Assembly: GCA_004431415.1 (NCBI GenBank) | Contig: QPMI01000058.1 | Span: 62,001-126,000, forward strand | DNA from: Cyanophora paradoxa CCMP329 | Taxonomy: Eukaryota; Plantae; Glaucophyta | Length of the DNA stretch: 64,000 nt | Direction of reading: 5' to 3' | Shown here: piece after piece, positions 12,789 to 26,652 of the stretch | How positions within the stretch are numbered: position 1 is the stretch's first letter | Layout: each line of letters begins with the position of its first letter | The notes under the pieces: model-generated | The model's input: only the letters and a program-made list of their open reading frames with translations | Databases searched by the model: none | Told to the model about the DNA's origin: nothing | Program-made: the position numbers and the translations under genes

Positions 12789-15700
12789 CTAGTGACAAGC
12801 AGGGGGGCTCCGCCCCCCCCGCACCCCCCCAGTGTTATTTCGGGATCTTCAATTTCTTGTGGTTTATATTTATTAATTGGCTGGCTTGGCTTAATTGGCT
12901 CTTCTTTGTCTTCTTCTTCTTCATGATCAAGTAATCAATTAGAACAAAGAATGAGAATGAAGTACTAAAATCATGAAGACAGAACAGAAGAAGCTGAAGC
13001 ACTGAACATAAAGAAAAGAACAGATCATCGGATCTGAGTGCATGAAAGATGTAGAAATTAAACACTGATCATGTAATCGTGAAACTTGAAGTAATGCACG
13101 AGATGGACGAGGATTTGCATTAGCACACAACAACAACTACTAGGAGTTTCACATCGCCCAATTTATCTCTCCGACTAGATAACACTGAGGACCGTCGAGT
13201 GCTGTGCTCTGTCTAAGTGATGAGAAATTCTATCTACGTCCTATATCTACAAATGGGGCGAGAGGCCGAAAGATACACCTGCAGAAAAGGCCCAGCGCCC
13301 TACGCAGACCGATGAAGGCAAACAGAGCGCGCAAACACCCTCCAGACGTGGAAGTCCGCCCTAGGGAAGACCCACGTATAGCGGAGGGCAAGAAAGGCAC
13401 TACGCCTGACAAGCAAAGGTCGACGGAAAGACCTGAGCTTCCCTGCGTGTGGAAAAGACCCGCCATCTAGCGACTCGACTGCGAGGAGATGAGGAGCGGA
13501 ACGAAATGAGAAAGCGCCGATGAGCTCCAGCGCCAAGCAAGGGAGCGGGGGCCGGGCGCCGTCCGCGTGTTGACGGAACACGTCGCCGCGCCAGTGTGCC
13601 ACGCCAAGGCTACCGCGCGTTCACTAACGCTGCGGCGCGTGGCGGCGTGGGCTTTGCGCGGAAGCCGGCCTACTTTGCGGCCAGCCGACGTCGCCGCGGC
13701 CGCTCCCGCGGCGCTCCTCGCCGCACCGGAGACAACATAGAAGCAATCCCCTAACGCGAGCGCTCCTGAATCTCCTACGGAATGGCCGGCAACGAGGCCC
13801 GCCGCCGAGAACGCCAACTCGACACCCATTTCGCGCCGCCGCTCGGCGCGCCAGCCGTCTACCTCACGCTGGTCACGCTGAGCGACAGCGGCGGCGCCAT
13901 GGACGGGCCGCAGCCAGCCGCGCGCCGACGCGGTGGGAAATTTTCTCCAAGTAATGCACGAGATGCAATGTAGTCCAATGCAATGTAGAGAGGCTTCATC
14001 ACTTATGTTTTGTCAATTGGTGCCACGGTGTCTAATTCATGGCTGGCAAAAGAAGAAGAGGTAAGACACGCCCAAGCCAGCCGAACGGTTAAACGTTATG
14101 ACGAAAGGCGAAGGACCCAAAGGCCCAAGGCTGGCAAAGATATTCAAGGGCAATGCTTAGCTTTAGCCAGTAAAATGAGAAGATCAAAAGCTAAAGCACT
14201 GAACAATTGTAAGAAAAGCGAAATTGAACGCATGAATCTCTTCTCTCTGTTCGGTGCGGCCCGATTAAACTAGGGGGAGCGATTGGCGAGAGACCGAAGC
14301 GCTTAGCACGAGCTAGTACGCATCTAAATGCATATCTGGTGCTCAGTCTCTCGCGGACGCGGTACAAAATTTTCCTAGATGTATGGTCATACAAACGGGA
14401 CGAGGAAAAGGCCAGTTTCGCGGCGAGCTAGCCGAGCTAGCAGCGCGCCCGGCCGGCGTCTTATTGCTCCAGCGTTCGAGTCCCGGGAAGGGCAGTTGGG
14501 GGGAGCGGGGGGGCCTGGGCGGGCCTTGAGCTGCCTTGCGCTGTCGAGGGCGGAAGAGGGGGCCGGGGCGCAGCGACCGCCGAGGCCAACTTTCGCGCGG
14601 CGAGGTTCTGGCGGGAGACCAAAAATGTTTTTCATCTCGGCTGATCTAAAATGCACTTCCTACCTGCCCGGTCTCGCGCCAGTCACTCGCTGTGCTCCGC
14701 TTTAATTTCGGCTGGACTTGTATGGCAAGTGTGATTCAATCATATTACAAAGAACGAAATGAAGCTGAAGCACTGAACAAGAAGAGACCATCTCAGAGCA
14801 GATCTAGAAATGCTGAAGTGATCACAAAACGATGCAAAAGATGCACATGCATATGCAAAAAAAGAAGAGTATGTATAAGACACGCCCAAGCCGGTTGTGC
14901 GGTTTTGACGAAAGGCGAAGGACCCGAAGGCCCATATGCATTTTGCATATGCAACATATTTCAAAGGTTTGATCATTTACGTTCTAGATCTGTCATCGAA
15001 CATCTAGTTTCGGTGTTAAGTTTTGGCCATGGCTGGCAAAGAAAGGGCAATTCTTAGCAGAAACGATAGGCAAGAAGCTTGAATGTCAACATTGCGGCAC
15101 TGAACTTGGAACAATTGCAAAAAGCTTAAGATGTAGAATAGAACACTTCAAACAAAAACAAGAATTGATCATGAACAAGTCAATGATTGATCATTGCAAT
15201 TCATGCATGCAACGTGCAACAATATTTTATGCATGCAATGACTCAGTGATGCCATGATGAACATTGCATATTATATATGCATGCATCATGATCAATATAC
15301 AGATATACCATCTAGAAAAGAATTTTGTTTGTTTGTTTGTTTTGTGAAACAAAACATGCAAGTATAAGCACTTCATGATCAAGTTTAATTTGGCAAGTTT
15401 CTGTTTTGTTTAATTTGCAGTTGTTGCGAATGTGATGTGGTGCTAGTGTTATGCATTTTTGTTTTGTCTCATGTTTTGTTGCTTGTACATTGTGGGACAT
15501 ATGTTTTTCTTTTTGTTTTTATGATGTTTAATTTGTTGTTTGTTGTTTGCCGAGAATTGAACCGTTCTGAATCGGCACTGAGCAGTCAAGTGCACTGGTA
15601 CAACAGCACTTCGGGAAGAAAAAAGGAAAAAAAGGACTTTCCATTGACAGAACTGCCGGATACCCAATTTCAGCCACAAAACTCCACTCTGTGGCAGATC

Positions 15701-16150
15701 TTGCTGCTTCATACTTCCAAGCTCACTGGCAAGAGCAACGGCTGCCACTACTTTTTTTTAAAAGTCACAGAGTCATACATCACTCAGTGACTTTTCCTTC
15801 TCATGTGGAGACCATCTCAGTGACCACAGTGAGTCAAGGTATCACTGGCAGCCTTCAAGTGCATATCGAATTGAAGGCTGCACTGATACCAAGTTCCCCA
15901 CTTACCGGACATGCTGGCACGACTGTTGGTAACCAGGCTGGACCACCCATGGATCATACTCCACTCAGTGAGTTTGACCGTCGGACTGTTCACTGCGTAC
16001 TCAATGCTGGCAGTTTAAGTCTGCCGTAGTACTCAACGGAATTTTCTTCCAAGGGGAACATGGGTTAATCTACTATGTAGCATGATCATGATACCGATGA
16101 TGCCTAGGCGTAGATCTAGATCTAGACATGTAAAATTGACTAATAAGCCG
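12789..16150 (-). mobile_element. Putative non-autonomous Helitron-like insertion; 3' terminus at 12789, right boundary uncertain
   Basis: On the minus strand a GGGGGG-CGGAG-CCCCCC hairpin (12818-12802) is followed by 9 nt, CTAG (12792-12789) and T. The adjacent ~3.3 kb is largely AT-richer, non-coding and internally repetitive. Confidence 0.4.
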
Positions 16151-16573
16151 CCTGAGCGCGACTAAGCGCCCCGCGGGGGGATCGCCGTCGCGGTTGGGGG
16201 CGGGCGGGCGGGCGGTTCCGAGTGCGAGGGCTCGTGCTCGTCAGGCGCGGGGCCCGCGTGGGGATGAAGGGGCTCTAAGCGTCTCTGCGCTAGCTAGCGC
16301 CAGTCTACTCCCGAGTCCCCCGTGGCAGGGCCTGACTCCGGGAGCTAGAGCTAGGCTTCGATCTCAAGCCCAAGCACGGAACAGAAACGCTCGCTCGACC
16401 TTCATCAGGAGGCTGCTAGCCTGCCGTGCGGTCCGCAAGCACCTTGGAGCGGGGCGGAGGATGGAACGGGGGGCCCGGGGAGGGGGGGGAGGGAGGGAGG
16501 GAGGGAGGGAGGGAGGGGGGGAGGGAGGGGGTGGGTGGGGTGGGGTGTGGTGGGGGGGGGGGGGGGGGGGCGC

Positions 16574-17979
16574 ACTGGGCGAGGCAGTTTGGGTGGAAGG
16601 TGTGTCCGCACGGCAGCAGCGACGCCTCGGACCCCTGCGCCGAAAAAGCCCCGCTTACCCAGCGTACCCAGCGAGGAGACGGCGGTGATGACGACGACGC
16701 CGGCACAGGTGACGCCGAGTCCCCAGCACGGCAGTGAGGAGCGCGAGGAAGAGGAGGGGGGGGTGGGGAGGAAGCTGGGCGCCCAGTGACGAGGCTGTAC
16801 CCCCCTGGGGGCGACGACGGCGCGGCCGGCGCAGGCGCTCCGGTGCGCCCACGCATCGCTTGCGTTGTCGAACTGAGTAAGGAGGATCAGGGGGGTACGG
16901 AGGGTTCGGAGGGCGGGGGTACCGTGAAGTAGGCGGACAGGGCGAGAGGTAAGGGTGCTCGGCGGAGAGCGGGCGGTCGGCGAATCTGAAAGGGGGGGGG
17001 GGGGGGGTGAGGTGAGGGGAGCCGAAGAAAGAGGGCGGGCGGGGGAGGGGGGGGGGGGGGGCACGGCGCACGAGGCAAGGGTTTCGCGGGGTACGGCGAC
17101 GCCCATCCAGACGCTGCGGGGGAGGGCGCGAGGGCAGGCGGCATGAGCTTGCGGAAGAGGGTACGCGCTCAGCTGAGAATGGGGTACCGGATATCGTCCA
17201 CGTCGACCGCGTTCCCCTCAGGCGCGCGCAGGACGAGATCGCCGGGGGGGCCGTCAGCAGGGGGGTACCCGAACCGCCTCCGACGAGCTGCCCACGGCCG
17301 CGCCGGACCGGTACAGCTTTCTCTCGTTCGCGCGCGAGTCGCACGTGCCTGGGCTAGGGGCGTCAGGCGGCGGGGCGGGGCGGCGGGGATGCGGAAGGCG
17401 GGCGCGGGCGGCGAGGCCGCCCCGGGCGTCAGCGGACCGGCCCAGTGCGTCCACGTGTCGGAGATGGGGGCGGATGCAGAGACGGAGGGGCGGCCGGCCT
17501 GGGCGAGCCGCCACGCTGCGCCGTCCGGCCGGCGGTCGTCCCGCGTCTCCCGGTCGCCCCGCCGCTCCGCCGCATCGACCGCGAAGTCGATCTGCGCCTC
17601 CGCCTCCGCGCCGCCGCCGCCGGCGCGCCCCGCCCGCAGCAGCCACGCCGGTCCGCGGCCCGCGATAGACGGCCACTTCCGAAGCGCGAGCCAGAGCTCG
17701 AAACTGCGCGGGGATCCGGAGCGCTCGGCCGGCGCCGAGAGGGACGAAACCGCGACGAGCGGCGCGCACGTGAACAACGTGGCGCCCCGGGCCCGAGAAG
17801 TCGAGCGGGCCGCCCGGCGCGAGGCGCAGCTCGGCGCCCTCCGCTGGGCGCACGCCCTGCGAGCCGCCGCCCGGGGCGGGGCCTGCCAGGCCGCCGCAGC
17901 TCTGCCCCGCTGCGACGCACAGCGCCGCTACGAACAGGAGCGACGGAGCTAGGGTCTCCGAGGCCGCCAGCGCCCACAT
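16574..17979 (-). pseudogene. Truncated, frameshifted copy of the LamG-TM-RING-H2 gene
   Basis: Compared with 46425-49214 it has a 7-nt insertion after LDFSG, has lost ~0.7 kb including the CAIC half of the RING, and lacks the last exons (CPLC). Confidence 0.8.
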
Positions 17980-18520
17980 CGACCGCGCCCGGCCGGGGCG
18001 GAGCTCGGGCGCCGATCGGCAGGCGCGTACGACTATCGCGGGTCCTCGACGCCTGTATCTGAGCGCCTCATGCTGCTCTGGCCTTCGCCGACGCAACGGC
18101 CGGCGAGCGCCCATCCATTGGCCGGTGCTGTCACCGGTTACAGCTAGCTAGCCGCGATCGGGAGGACCTGGTCCTCCGATCCGGTATTCCAAATTCCTGC
18201 AACTGCAAAGCTGGTTGCCGGCTTCAGTGCCAGCGTACCCGCAACGTGCTCGATCCCCCTTACGAAATGGCGCGCGAGAGCCGGGCCAAGCGGGCGCGAA
18301 CGGCGGCGAATGGAGGCGAAGGTGAGCTGTGCCGATCGATCGGAGATCGGGCGTGCCGATTGAGCGGCGCCCTCCTTTTGCAGGCGATGCGGTGTCAGGC
18401 GGGACGAGCGGGCAGGGCGGGACGCACCACGCCTCCGCATCGAGCAACACAGCGGCAGCGTCCTTGAGGGGTGCGGCGGGCGTGCGACTCGTCCGCTGCG
18501 TTCGCTGATTCAAGGTGTAC

Positions 18521-20454
18521 ATGTCTGCAGGCGGTGGCGCTGCTCCCGCGGGCGCGGCGAGCGGATCGTGCAGCAACGGAGCTGCATCATCGACCGTTGC
18601 AGCAGCGATGGCGGGCGGAGGGAGCCCGCTGGACGCGCTGCCGGACGAGCTGCTGGGCCGCGTGCTGCTCCTGGCAGCGCGGCGAGGCTGGATCGTGCCG
18701 ACCATATGCGGCGGAACCTTTCTACTCGACCCGAAAGAAGACGAGCCGGACGTGCAGCCGAAGCAGCTCGTGCAGCTGAAGGCGGTGTGCCGGCGGTTCC
18801 GCCGGATCGTGGACGACGGCGGCCTCTGGGGCCGCGTGGCGTTGCGTCAGCCGAACGACGCGGCGGTGGAGGCGCTGACCACTCTGCCGGAGCAGTCGCG
18901 CAAGGCCGTGCGGCGAATAGTAATTCAAGGAGGCAGCACCGATATCTCCGTCCTTGGTCTCTGCAAGCTGGCGGCAGCATTTCGGGATCAGCTTGACGAG
19001 CTCAGCATCATCTTCGGCGGAGCAGATGCTGCCCAGCTCCCTTTCGCCGGGCTTGCTTCCATCCAGCACATGCAGCGTCTTCGCAGTCTGAATGTCAGGG
19101 TGCCGCCGTCCGCGTACGCATCCGCGTCAGCGTTTGCAGCGCCCGCTGTCCTGCAGTCCCTGTCGGTCCTCTCCCTCCTTCCAAACCTGCAGGTCCGTGA
19201 GTAAGCTTCCATGACCTCGGCGGCTCTTTTCAACTCGCCCCTGTCCCAGATGCTCGATCTCAGCATCCCTCTTCCCCTCTCAGTCCTCGAGGCGCTCGCT
19301 CGACCTCCTCTCGTCTCTTCGCTTCGAGCCCTGCTCTTTCGTGCAGCAATCAGCGGTGACGAGCGTCCAGCAGCGGTGTTCGCGGCTGCTGCAAAGTTCA
19401 CGTCCCTGGAGAAGCTCAAGCTCATCTCTCAGAGACTGAGCGGCAACGAACCCTCCATCATCATGCATATGGCTGATGATCTCCAAAGCTTGTGCGCTTT
19501 AACGCAAATGCAAGGTGCGGTGTCGCATCCAAGAATTGATCTTGATTTGCAACTTTACTACTAAGGTACTGATCCACGTTTCGTTCAGAATTGATCATCG
19601 GGAATACCCTTGGCTGGATTGGATTCATCTCGCACATGCCCCAGCTGCAGTCCCTCAGGGCAGGCATTATCATCTCTGGAAGTTCCGGAATAGACATGGC
19701 GCCTCTTTTTGCAGCTCCAGCCCTCAAGGCAACCCTTCTCGGCTTCTTTTTGCAGTCTCCAGAACATGCAGCGACAGCCGCTTCGGCACTCGCCAGCTGC
19801 CGCTCCCTCGAAGTGCGCATGCACAATGCATTTTTGTTCCACGTCCTTCTAGATTCGTCCTTTCTAGATCTGACATTCGGCCATGCGCACGCACCAGGAC
19901 GCCAGCTTCGTCCTCCCGTTGGTCGTCTATGAGGCCCTTGCGGGCTCGTCCCTCAGGTCGTGGGCACAGATGCAGCGCCTCAGCATCGAATTGTACGGCG
20001 ACGGCTCTACGATCCCAGGCTCGTTCTTGAAGGTGCGCATCTAGATCTGAGTACCAAGTTTCGCTAAACTTCTGCAAAGCCCGACTCTTTCGTGGTCACT
20101 TCGTTCGCAGCGCCTCGCATCCGACGTGCCGAGCCTCCGCCGGCTTGAAGTCAACTCAGCTCTGCCGGTCACGACGGACCTCGTATCGATCAGCTCGCTC
20201 AACTATCTCGCCCAGCTCCAGGTAGGCGGAACGGTTGTCTAGCGGGGCGCGAGAGGGCGGGGAGAAGGGGTTCACGCAAAGTGACCCGCCCGCGAGGGCA
20301 GAAACTTTCATAACGAATTACTCAACGACACGTGCAGGTTTCTAATAAGGTCGCGGTGAAGATGAGCAAGGTGGAACGGCAGCTCCTAACCAGTTCGTTG
20401 CTGGACGTGAGAGTTGTATTCACGGGCATCAACCACCCTTCTCAGACCAGGTAA
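18521..20454 (+). CDS. F-box/LRR-like protein, multi-exon; apparently intact copy
   Basis: LDALPDELLGRVL...LKAVCRRFRRIV F-box, followed by LRR-like LxxLxL segments (LRSLNV, LEKLKL, LQSLRA, LRRLEV). Stop TAA at 20452-20454. Confidence 0.75.
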
Positions 20455-21023
20455 CTAGCTATAGGTAACTAGCTATATAGGTCAGGGCCACCCTTGTTTT
20501 GGGCCAGCAATAAGGCTCGAGCTCGACGGAATCATGCATATAGGCACATGAATTATGCATATGAACAGTGCTGCACCGGGACGGTTTGGTCTGCTTCAAA
20601 GCGTCAGCGAATGGCAATCGCAAGCGACAAAGAAATCTATATCTTCACGGGCCGGGTGTCATGATCACTAGATATAGCTAGCTATAGGTCAGGCCACCCG
20701 TGTTTCAGGCGAGCTATAAGGCTCGACAGAAGTGTGTTTTGGCTTTTTCGAAAAAAACATGTACGCGCTATATATACCGCCCGGCCACACGCGCATCAAA
20801 ATGCGGGATCCGGAGCAATTCATATTGCCGCAGTGCAATTTCGCCTCCGGGCCCACCGTGGCACCGTAGTCTCTCAAAAAACCAGTTTCTGCACTGATTT
20901 ATAAAATTAGTCTGGTGATGCACTTATATATGCATGATGCACGTGCACTGGTTATGCGTAGTTCTGCAGTGAATATTCGAAGCGCCATGCCAGCGAACCG
21001 GACGAGACATATGCATGTACATG

Positions 21024-24000
21024 CTACTTCCGGCCCGCGCCCCGGCCCCGCTGCTTGAGGAAGCCGCTCCGAAGGCCCTGGCCCTGGGCCCGCCGCGGCC
21101 CCGGCCCCGGCTCCGGCTCCGGCTCCGGCTCCGGCTGCAGCTCGCGCAGGAGGGCCCGCGCCCGCTGGAGGCGCGCCGCGTTCTCGGCCTGCTGCTCCGC
21201 GAAGCCGCTCAAGAGGCCCCGTAACGCCGGGGCCAAGTGGCGGTCGTTGGCGTTCGAATTTGCGAGGCAGTGGGCGGGGATGGCGTCCACGGCCCTCTCG
21301 AGGATGGCCACGGCCCGCCTGCAGTGCTGCGCGCGGGCCTCCGTGGGGAGGGCCTCCTTGCAGTCCGCCCCCTCCAGAATCTCGAGGGCCAGGTCCACGC
21401 GCGGGTACGGACCCTACGGACCCTTCGTCAGATTCTGAAAGCTTCCCTACAGTGAGCCTTGCACGAGCGCGCACCGAGAGAGCGATGGCGAGGGCGAGGT
21501 CGAAGGCGGCCGGGGTCCCAGGGCCGAGGGCCCGCAGGAACGCCACCGCGCCGCCCACGTCCGCGCCCGCCATCCGCCGCCCCAGGGCCAAGCACTCCGC
21601 CTCGAATTCTGAGGCGGAGTCGCTTAGGGCGCGGGCCGCTGGGGCGAGCCAGCCCCCCGCCGGCTCCAGCTTGAGCGTGTGGAAGGCCGGCCCGGCCAGC
21701 GAGGGGCGCCCCGGCAGCGGTGAGGCGCGGCAGACGCGCGGCGGGTCGACGGCGCGGCCGCCGGCCGTGCGGGTGAGCTCCACGACTGAGAACGACCGCC
21801 GGGCCGCCTCTTTGAAGGTTGAAGCGGCGGCGGCGTCGACGGCGCCGCCTGCAGCCGCCCTGCCGCCGCGCCCGGCGCCGGCGGGCTGCGAGAGGGCATG
21901 CACCGCCTTGGCATAACCGTAGAGATGCTGTATGGCGCTGGCAAGGAGATCCGGTGCCTCCGGGTCAGAGAGGAGCGAGCCGGGGTCCGATGCCACCGCC
22001 CGCAGGAGCCGCCAGGCGCACACGCTCTGCAGGTCGGCGCCGGCGGGGCCCAACTCCGCAGCGCAGAAGAAGAGACGGCAGAGGACTGGCATCGGGAGCC
22101 TTTCGCCTTCGTGATCGATATCACCGACTCCGAAGACGTCGATCGCCAGCGCGGCGCGGCGGACTTGCTCGCTCGCGATCGACGCTTCTGCGGGCCGGCC
22201 CAGCGGCACGCGTCATGATCAGTACAAGAAAGTCAGCGCCGTCCACAGCCGTACCGTCGAGGCGCTGGACCAACGAGCGGCCCCAGACGACGGCAAGCGA
22301 GAGCGCGTCCGACAGGAACGACGTCGACGGCGTCGACGTCGACAGCGTCGGGGCGCCCCTGTGGTCGAAGTGCGCCTGGATGTAGGCTTGGACGTGGAGG
22401 AGCGCGGCCTCCAGGAGGGAGGGGTCTTCGGTGGCCCCCTCCCTGCGAGGAAGGAGGGACGCTCAGATCGAGAGCTCAGCTCGAGCTCCATCTTAAGCTC
22501 CATCTTATTATTAAAATGCCGGTATCTCTTTATATTTAGAAGCTTAAGAGATTTCAGAGCTGAAGGCAATTCTTCTTCAAATTACTTTTCATCAAAAGGT
22601 CATGATCTTATATAAAATATATCATGTCTTTAGGGCCAAATCTAGAGGTGAAAGCGGGCGGGCGATTGCAAGCGGACCGGAGGGCGAGGGCGGCGGCGGC
22701 GAAGTCGCCCTGGGCGGCGAAGATGGCGGCGGCGGCCTCGGGGCGGCCGCGCGCGCGCTCGAGCGCCGCCAGCTCCGCCCCGAGCTCGAGGCGCTCGAGC
22801 AGCGCCGCCCGCGCGTCCACGTCCTCCACCCGCCCCGCGTACCCCGCCGCCTCGGCCCGCAGCCGCCGCCCCGCCTCGCCGTCCCCTCGCGCCGCGAGCT
22901 TCGCCAGCGCCGCGGCGCACTCGGAGAAGTACCTGCGCGAGAAGGGTGTTGGCGAAAGCGATCCAATCCGGGATCCGAAAGCGAGAATCCGGATTCGCAC
23001 CAGGGGCGCTCGCGCTCGAGGCGCTCGTCGCGGTCGATGAGGGCCTCGCCAAACGCGTACTCGCCGCCCTGCGCCCGCGCCCGCCCCAAAAGATGAGATG
23101 GCGGTCAGATGGCGGGGCGGGGCCGGGCGGACCGCAGCGCAGAGCCCGAGGGCGCGCCGCCGGCGCTCGAGGCCGCCGGCCGCGAAGAGAACCTCTGCCG
23201 CCTCGCGGGGGCGCTTCACCTCGGCCAGCGTGCCCGCCGCCCGGTCCGCCAGCGCCGCCGCCGCCGCCGCGAGCTCGTCCGCCGCCGGACGGGCCCACAG
23301 GGCCGGCGGGGCGCGGGGAGACGAGCAGGGCGACCGCGCGGCGCCGCGGCGGCTGAGGCGGCTGCGGAGGGTGCGAGGCCGCCGAGCGGTTCTTCCCCTT
23401 GCCGCCCTTGTTCTTCTTCGCGGGGCGGGCTGGCCCGCGGGGCGGTGCGCCGGCGCCGGCTGCAGAGGCTGGGGCGTGAGCCGGACGGGGCCCGAGGGGT
23501 CAAGGTCGTCATCGACGCTGAAGACGCGCTTGGCGGCGGCGGCCTCCGCCGCCAGCGCGGCCGGCGCCTCGCCGGCGTCGGCGAGCGACTGCAGCGCGCG
23601 CCGCAGCGCCTCGAGCTGCACCAGCGCCCCCGTGGCCACCTCGGCGGTCTCTGGCGGCGGCGGCGAGGCGGCGAGGAGGGCCCCGCAGGCGCGGAGGAGG
23701 CAGCGGAGGCGGAGGTCAGGCCGGCCCAGCGCGAGCGCCTCGGCCGCCAGGCCGGCCCACGCGCCGGCGCCGCCGTCCTGCTCCACGTTCTCCTCCACGA
23801 CCGCCGCGAGAAAGGCGATCTCGAGTGAAGCCTCCGGATCCGCCGCCTGCGTTTCCGCCGCGCCGGCCTCGGCCTCCGCCTCTGCCAAGCGCGCCAGGTC
23901 GGCCCGCGCCGCCCCGAGGAGCTCGCGGAGGAGCGGCAGGGCGCCCTCCACGGGCCGCCCGTCCAGCGCGACGTGCGCCCGCGCGTACGCGAGCGTGCAG

Positions 24001-26619
24001 CCGACCGCGCCTCGCGCGTCCTTGCCGCGCCTGCGAATTTCATGAGCGAGGCAAAATGAGAGAAGAGAAGGAGGAGGGCGTACCGGAGGGCCTCGGCGGC
24101 CCTGGGGAGCTCGCCGCGGCGGCGGAGGAGGCGGGCGGCGCGGGCGTGGTTGCCCCGCGCGGCCTCCAGCTCGACGAGCTCGTCCAGGAAGCCGTGCGCC
24201 TCGAGCGCCGCCGCCCGCTCGTCCTCCGAGGGAAGCAGCTGCAGGAACGCCAGCGCGTCCCCGCGCCCGTAGGCGCAGGCGCCCCCGCCGCCTCCGCCGC
24301 CGCCACCGCCGTCCGCCTCGGCGCTCGCGCCCGCGCGCCGCGCGCACTCGAGCAGGACGGGCGAGCGCCAGGCCGCGGTCCTGCCGGCCTCGTCCGCTCG
24401 CACGATCTCGAGCACGCGCCGCAGGTCGCCGCTCTGTCGAAGGACCTCAGTGATAAGAAAGTCAAACTGGTGCGCAAGGGGGCGGGCGGGCCTGAAGGCA
24501 GGCGTCGAGGGCGCGGTGGAGGCCGGCCTCGGTGCCGTCGCGGCAGAAGCTGTCGACGGCCCGGGCGTGCAGCCCCGCCTGGAGCAGCACGCGGCCGGCC
24601 TCCAGGAAGGCCCCGCCCTTCTCCAGCAGCGGCGCGATACGCAGCGCGACGCCCTCGATCCCGACTGGCGCCGCCGCCGGCGCCGATCCCGATCCCGATC
24701 GCGAGGCCGGGCCGGCAGCGCCGGGGCCGGCGCGGCAGCGCTCGGCGAGCGGGAGGGCGTCCATGAACCAGGCGACGGCCTTGTCGGTCATGGGCGGCGC
24801 GAGCGCGAGGAGCCGCTCCGCCGCCCTCGTCAGCAGCTCCACCGCCTTCCGCGCCCGCTGCGCCGCCGCCGCGTCCCCGCCGCCCGCCGCCGCTGCCGCC
24901 AGGGATGAGCGGTACCAAGTCGGGCCGGGGGCGAATTCGAACGGCCTCGCACCGGCCTCGCGGAGGGCCTCCTCGTGCTCGATCTCGGCGATCGCCCAGT
25001 CGCGGCCCCGCCTGTTGCCCGCGTTGCGGAAGCACAGCCGCGCGTTCTCGTACTGCTGCTGCTCCATGAACTCCCTGCAAGCCGGTCAGATCTAGAGCAG
25101 ATGCTCAACAAGGAATAAGCCTTATAAAACGTAATATGGTTTTATCAATCAACCGGAATAATTATTTAAAGCTGGGTGGGCCGGGGCGCGGCGCACATGC
25201 CGCGCTCGTCCCAGCGCCTGCGGCGCTCCTCGGCGTCGGGGCTGGCGCTGCAGAGGGCGTCGAGGCCCTCCTGCGGGTCCGCCGTCGCGTGGACGAGCTC
25301 GGTGCGGCCCGCCCCGCTCGCCTCGCAGTGCTCCAGGCACCGCCAGAGCCGCTCCAGCGGCGCCGCCGCCTCGCCCTCCTCGAACAGAACCAGCTGCGAC
25401 AGATTAGGATAAGAAGAGTTCAGAGTCGATTCAAACGGGGGCCGACCTGGCCTTTGGCGCGGGTGGCGGCGACGTAGAGGAGCTTGAGCTCGTGGCAGAG
25501 GGGGCCGTACTTCAGGAGCTCCGGCTCGAAGTCGCGGGCGTAGGAGAAGTCGCCGACCGGCGCCGCGAGGCGCCCGAGCACCGCGTAGAGCTTCGCGCAC
25601 GGCGAGCCCGCCACGAAGTCTGCAGCGCGCGAGGGCCACCTCGAATCAGATCAAAACCGAAGCAGGGCACAGAGTCGATAGCTATTATAATTAGCTACCG
25701 CTGCAAACAAAAACTAACATAAAATTCAATCTAAACCTAAGCAGAGTAAATAATTGCGCACTGTAGAGGACGACGTCCTGGAACTCGAAGCCCTTCGACT
25801 CGAACGCGGTGAGGAGGATCGCCGCGCCGCCCCCGCCGGCCCCGTCCCCGTCCCCCTCGCCGTCCCCCTCGCCAAAGCTTGCGCCGGCGTCCCCGCGGGC
25901 GCTCCGGTACAGGCTCTCCAGCCGCTGCTTCTGCTCCTCGTCCCGCACAATAACAACCTGAGAGGTTCTCAGAATTCGAAGTCAGCACCGCCGCGAATGT
26001 ACATGTACGGCCGCTCGCTAAGATCCTAATTTAGGTGATGATAGGATCTAGGGATCTCCGCCGCCTATCCAATTTTTAATCTAGGATCTAAATTAAACAG
26101 CGTACCTCGTCGGCGGTCCACTCCTTCTGGGCGAGGAGGGCGGCGAATTCTGGGGCGGAGAGGGAGGCGGGGCGGACGAGGAGGGGCAGCGGGCCCAGCT
26201 TGAGCGCCTCCTCCATCTTCACCTCGTCTGCGCCCGCCCGCAGATATTAATTGCATAAGCTATAAATAAAAGCGGCAAATGGAAGCTATTCGGTTCGGTT
26301 GGAGGGAGCCAAGGAAGACGACTCACCGATCGAGTTGGGGAAGAGGGTCTGGCCAAGCGAGCGAGGGGCGGAGCTCGCGTGAGCGGGTGCGAGCGTGCGG
26401 GCGCGTCGAAGGAGGACGGACCCGGAGGAGGACGGCGAGGGAGGTAGAGAGGTTGAGCACGCCGGCGTGAGTGCGGAAGTTGCGCCGCAGCAGCCGCACC
26501 GGCGGCACGCGCGCGGGCCCGCCCGCCCGCTGCCCCGGCCCCGCGATGTGCGGGAGCGCGTGCTTGTAGAAGAACGACTTCACGTCTGCGACCGCGGCCG
26601 GCGTGAGCCGTTGCGCTGA

Positions 26620-26652
<33 letters not shown>

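Larger units (their letters stand above)
16275..21278. repeat. Inverted segmental duplication B (partner ~43547-48720)
   Basis: Part of the RING gene, the F-box/LRR gene and the last helicase exon segment align in inverted orientation with moderate divergence and indels. Confidence 0.92.

Noticed and set aside
16460-16570. Long G-tract as a functional G-quadruplex
   Set aside because: It lies in an intron of a pseudogene copy and similar homopolymer expansions are common in this window.
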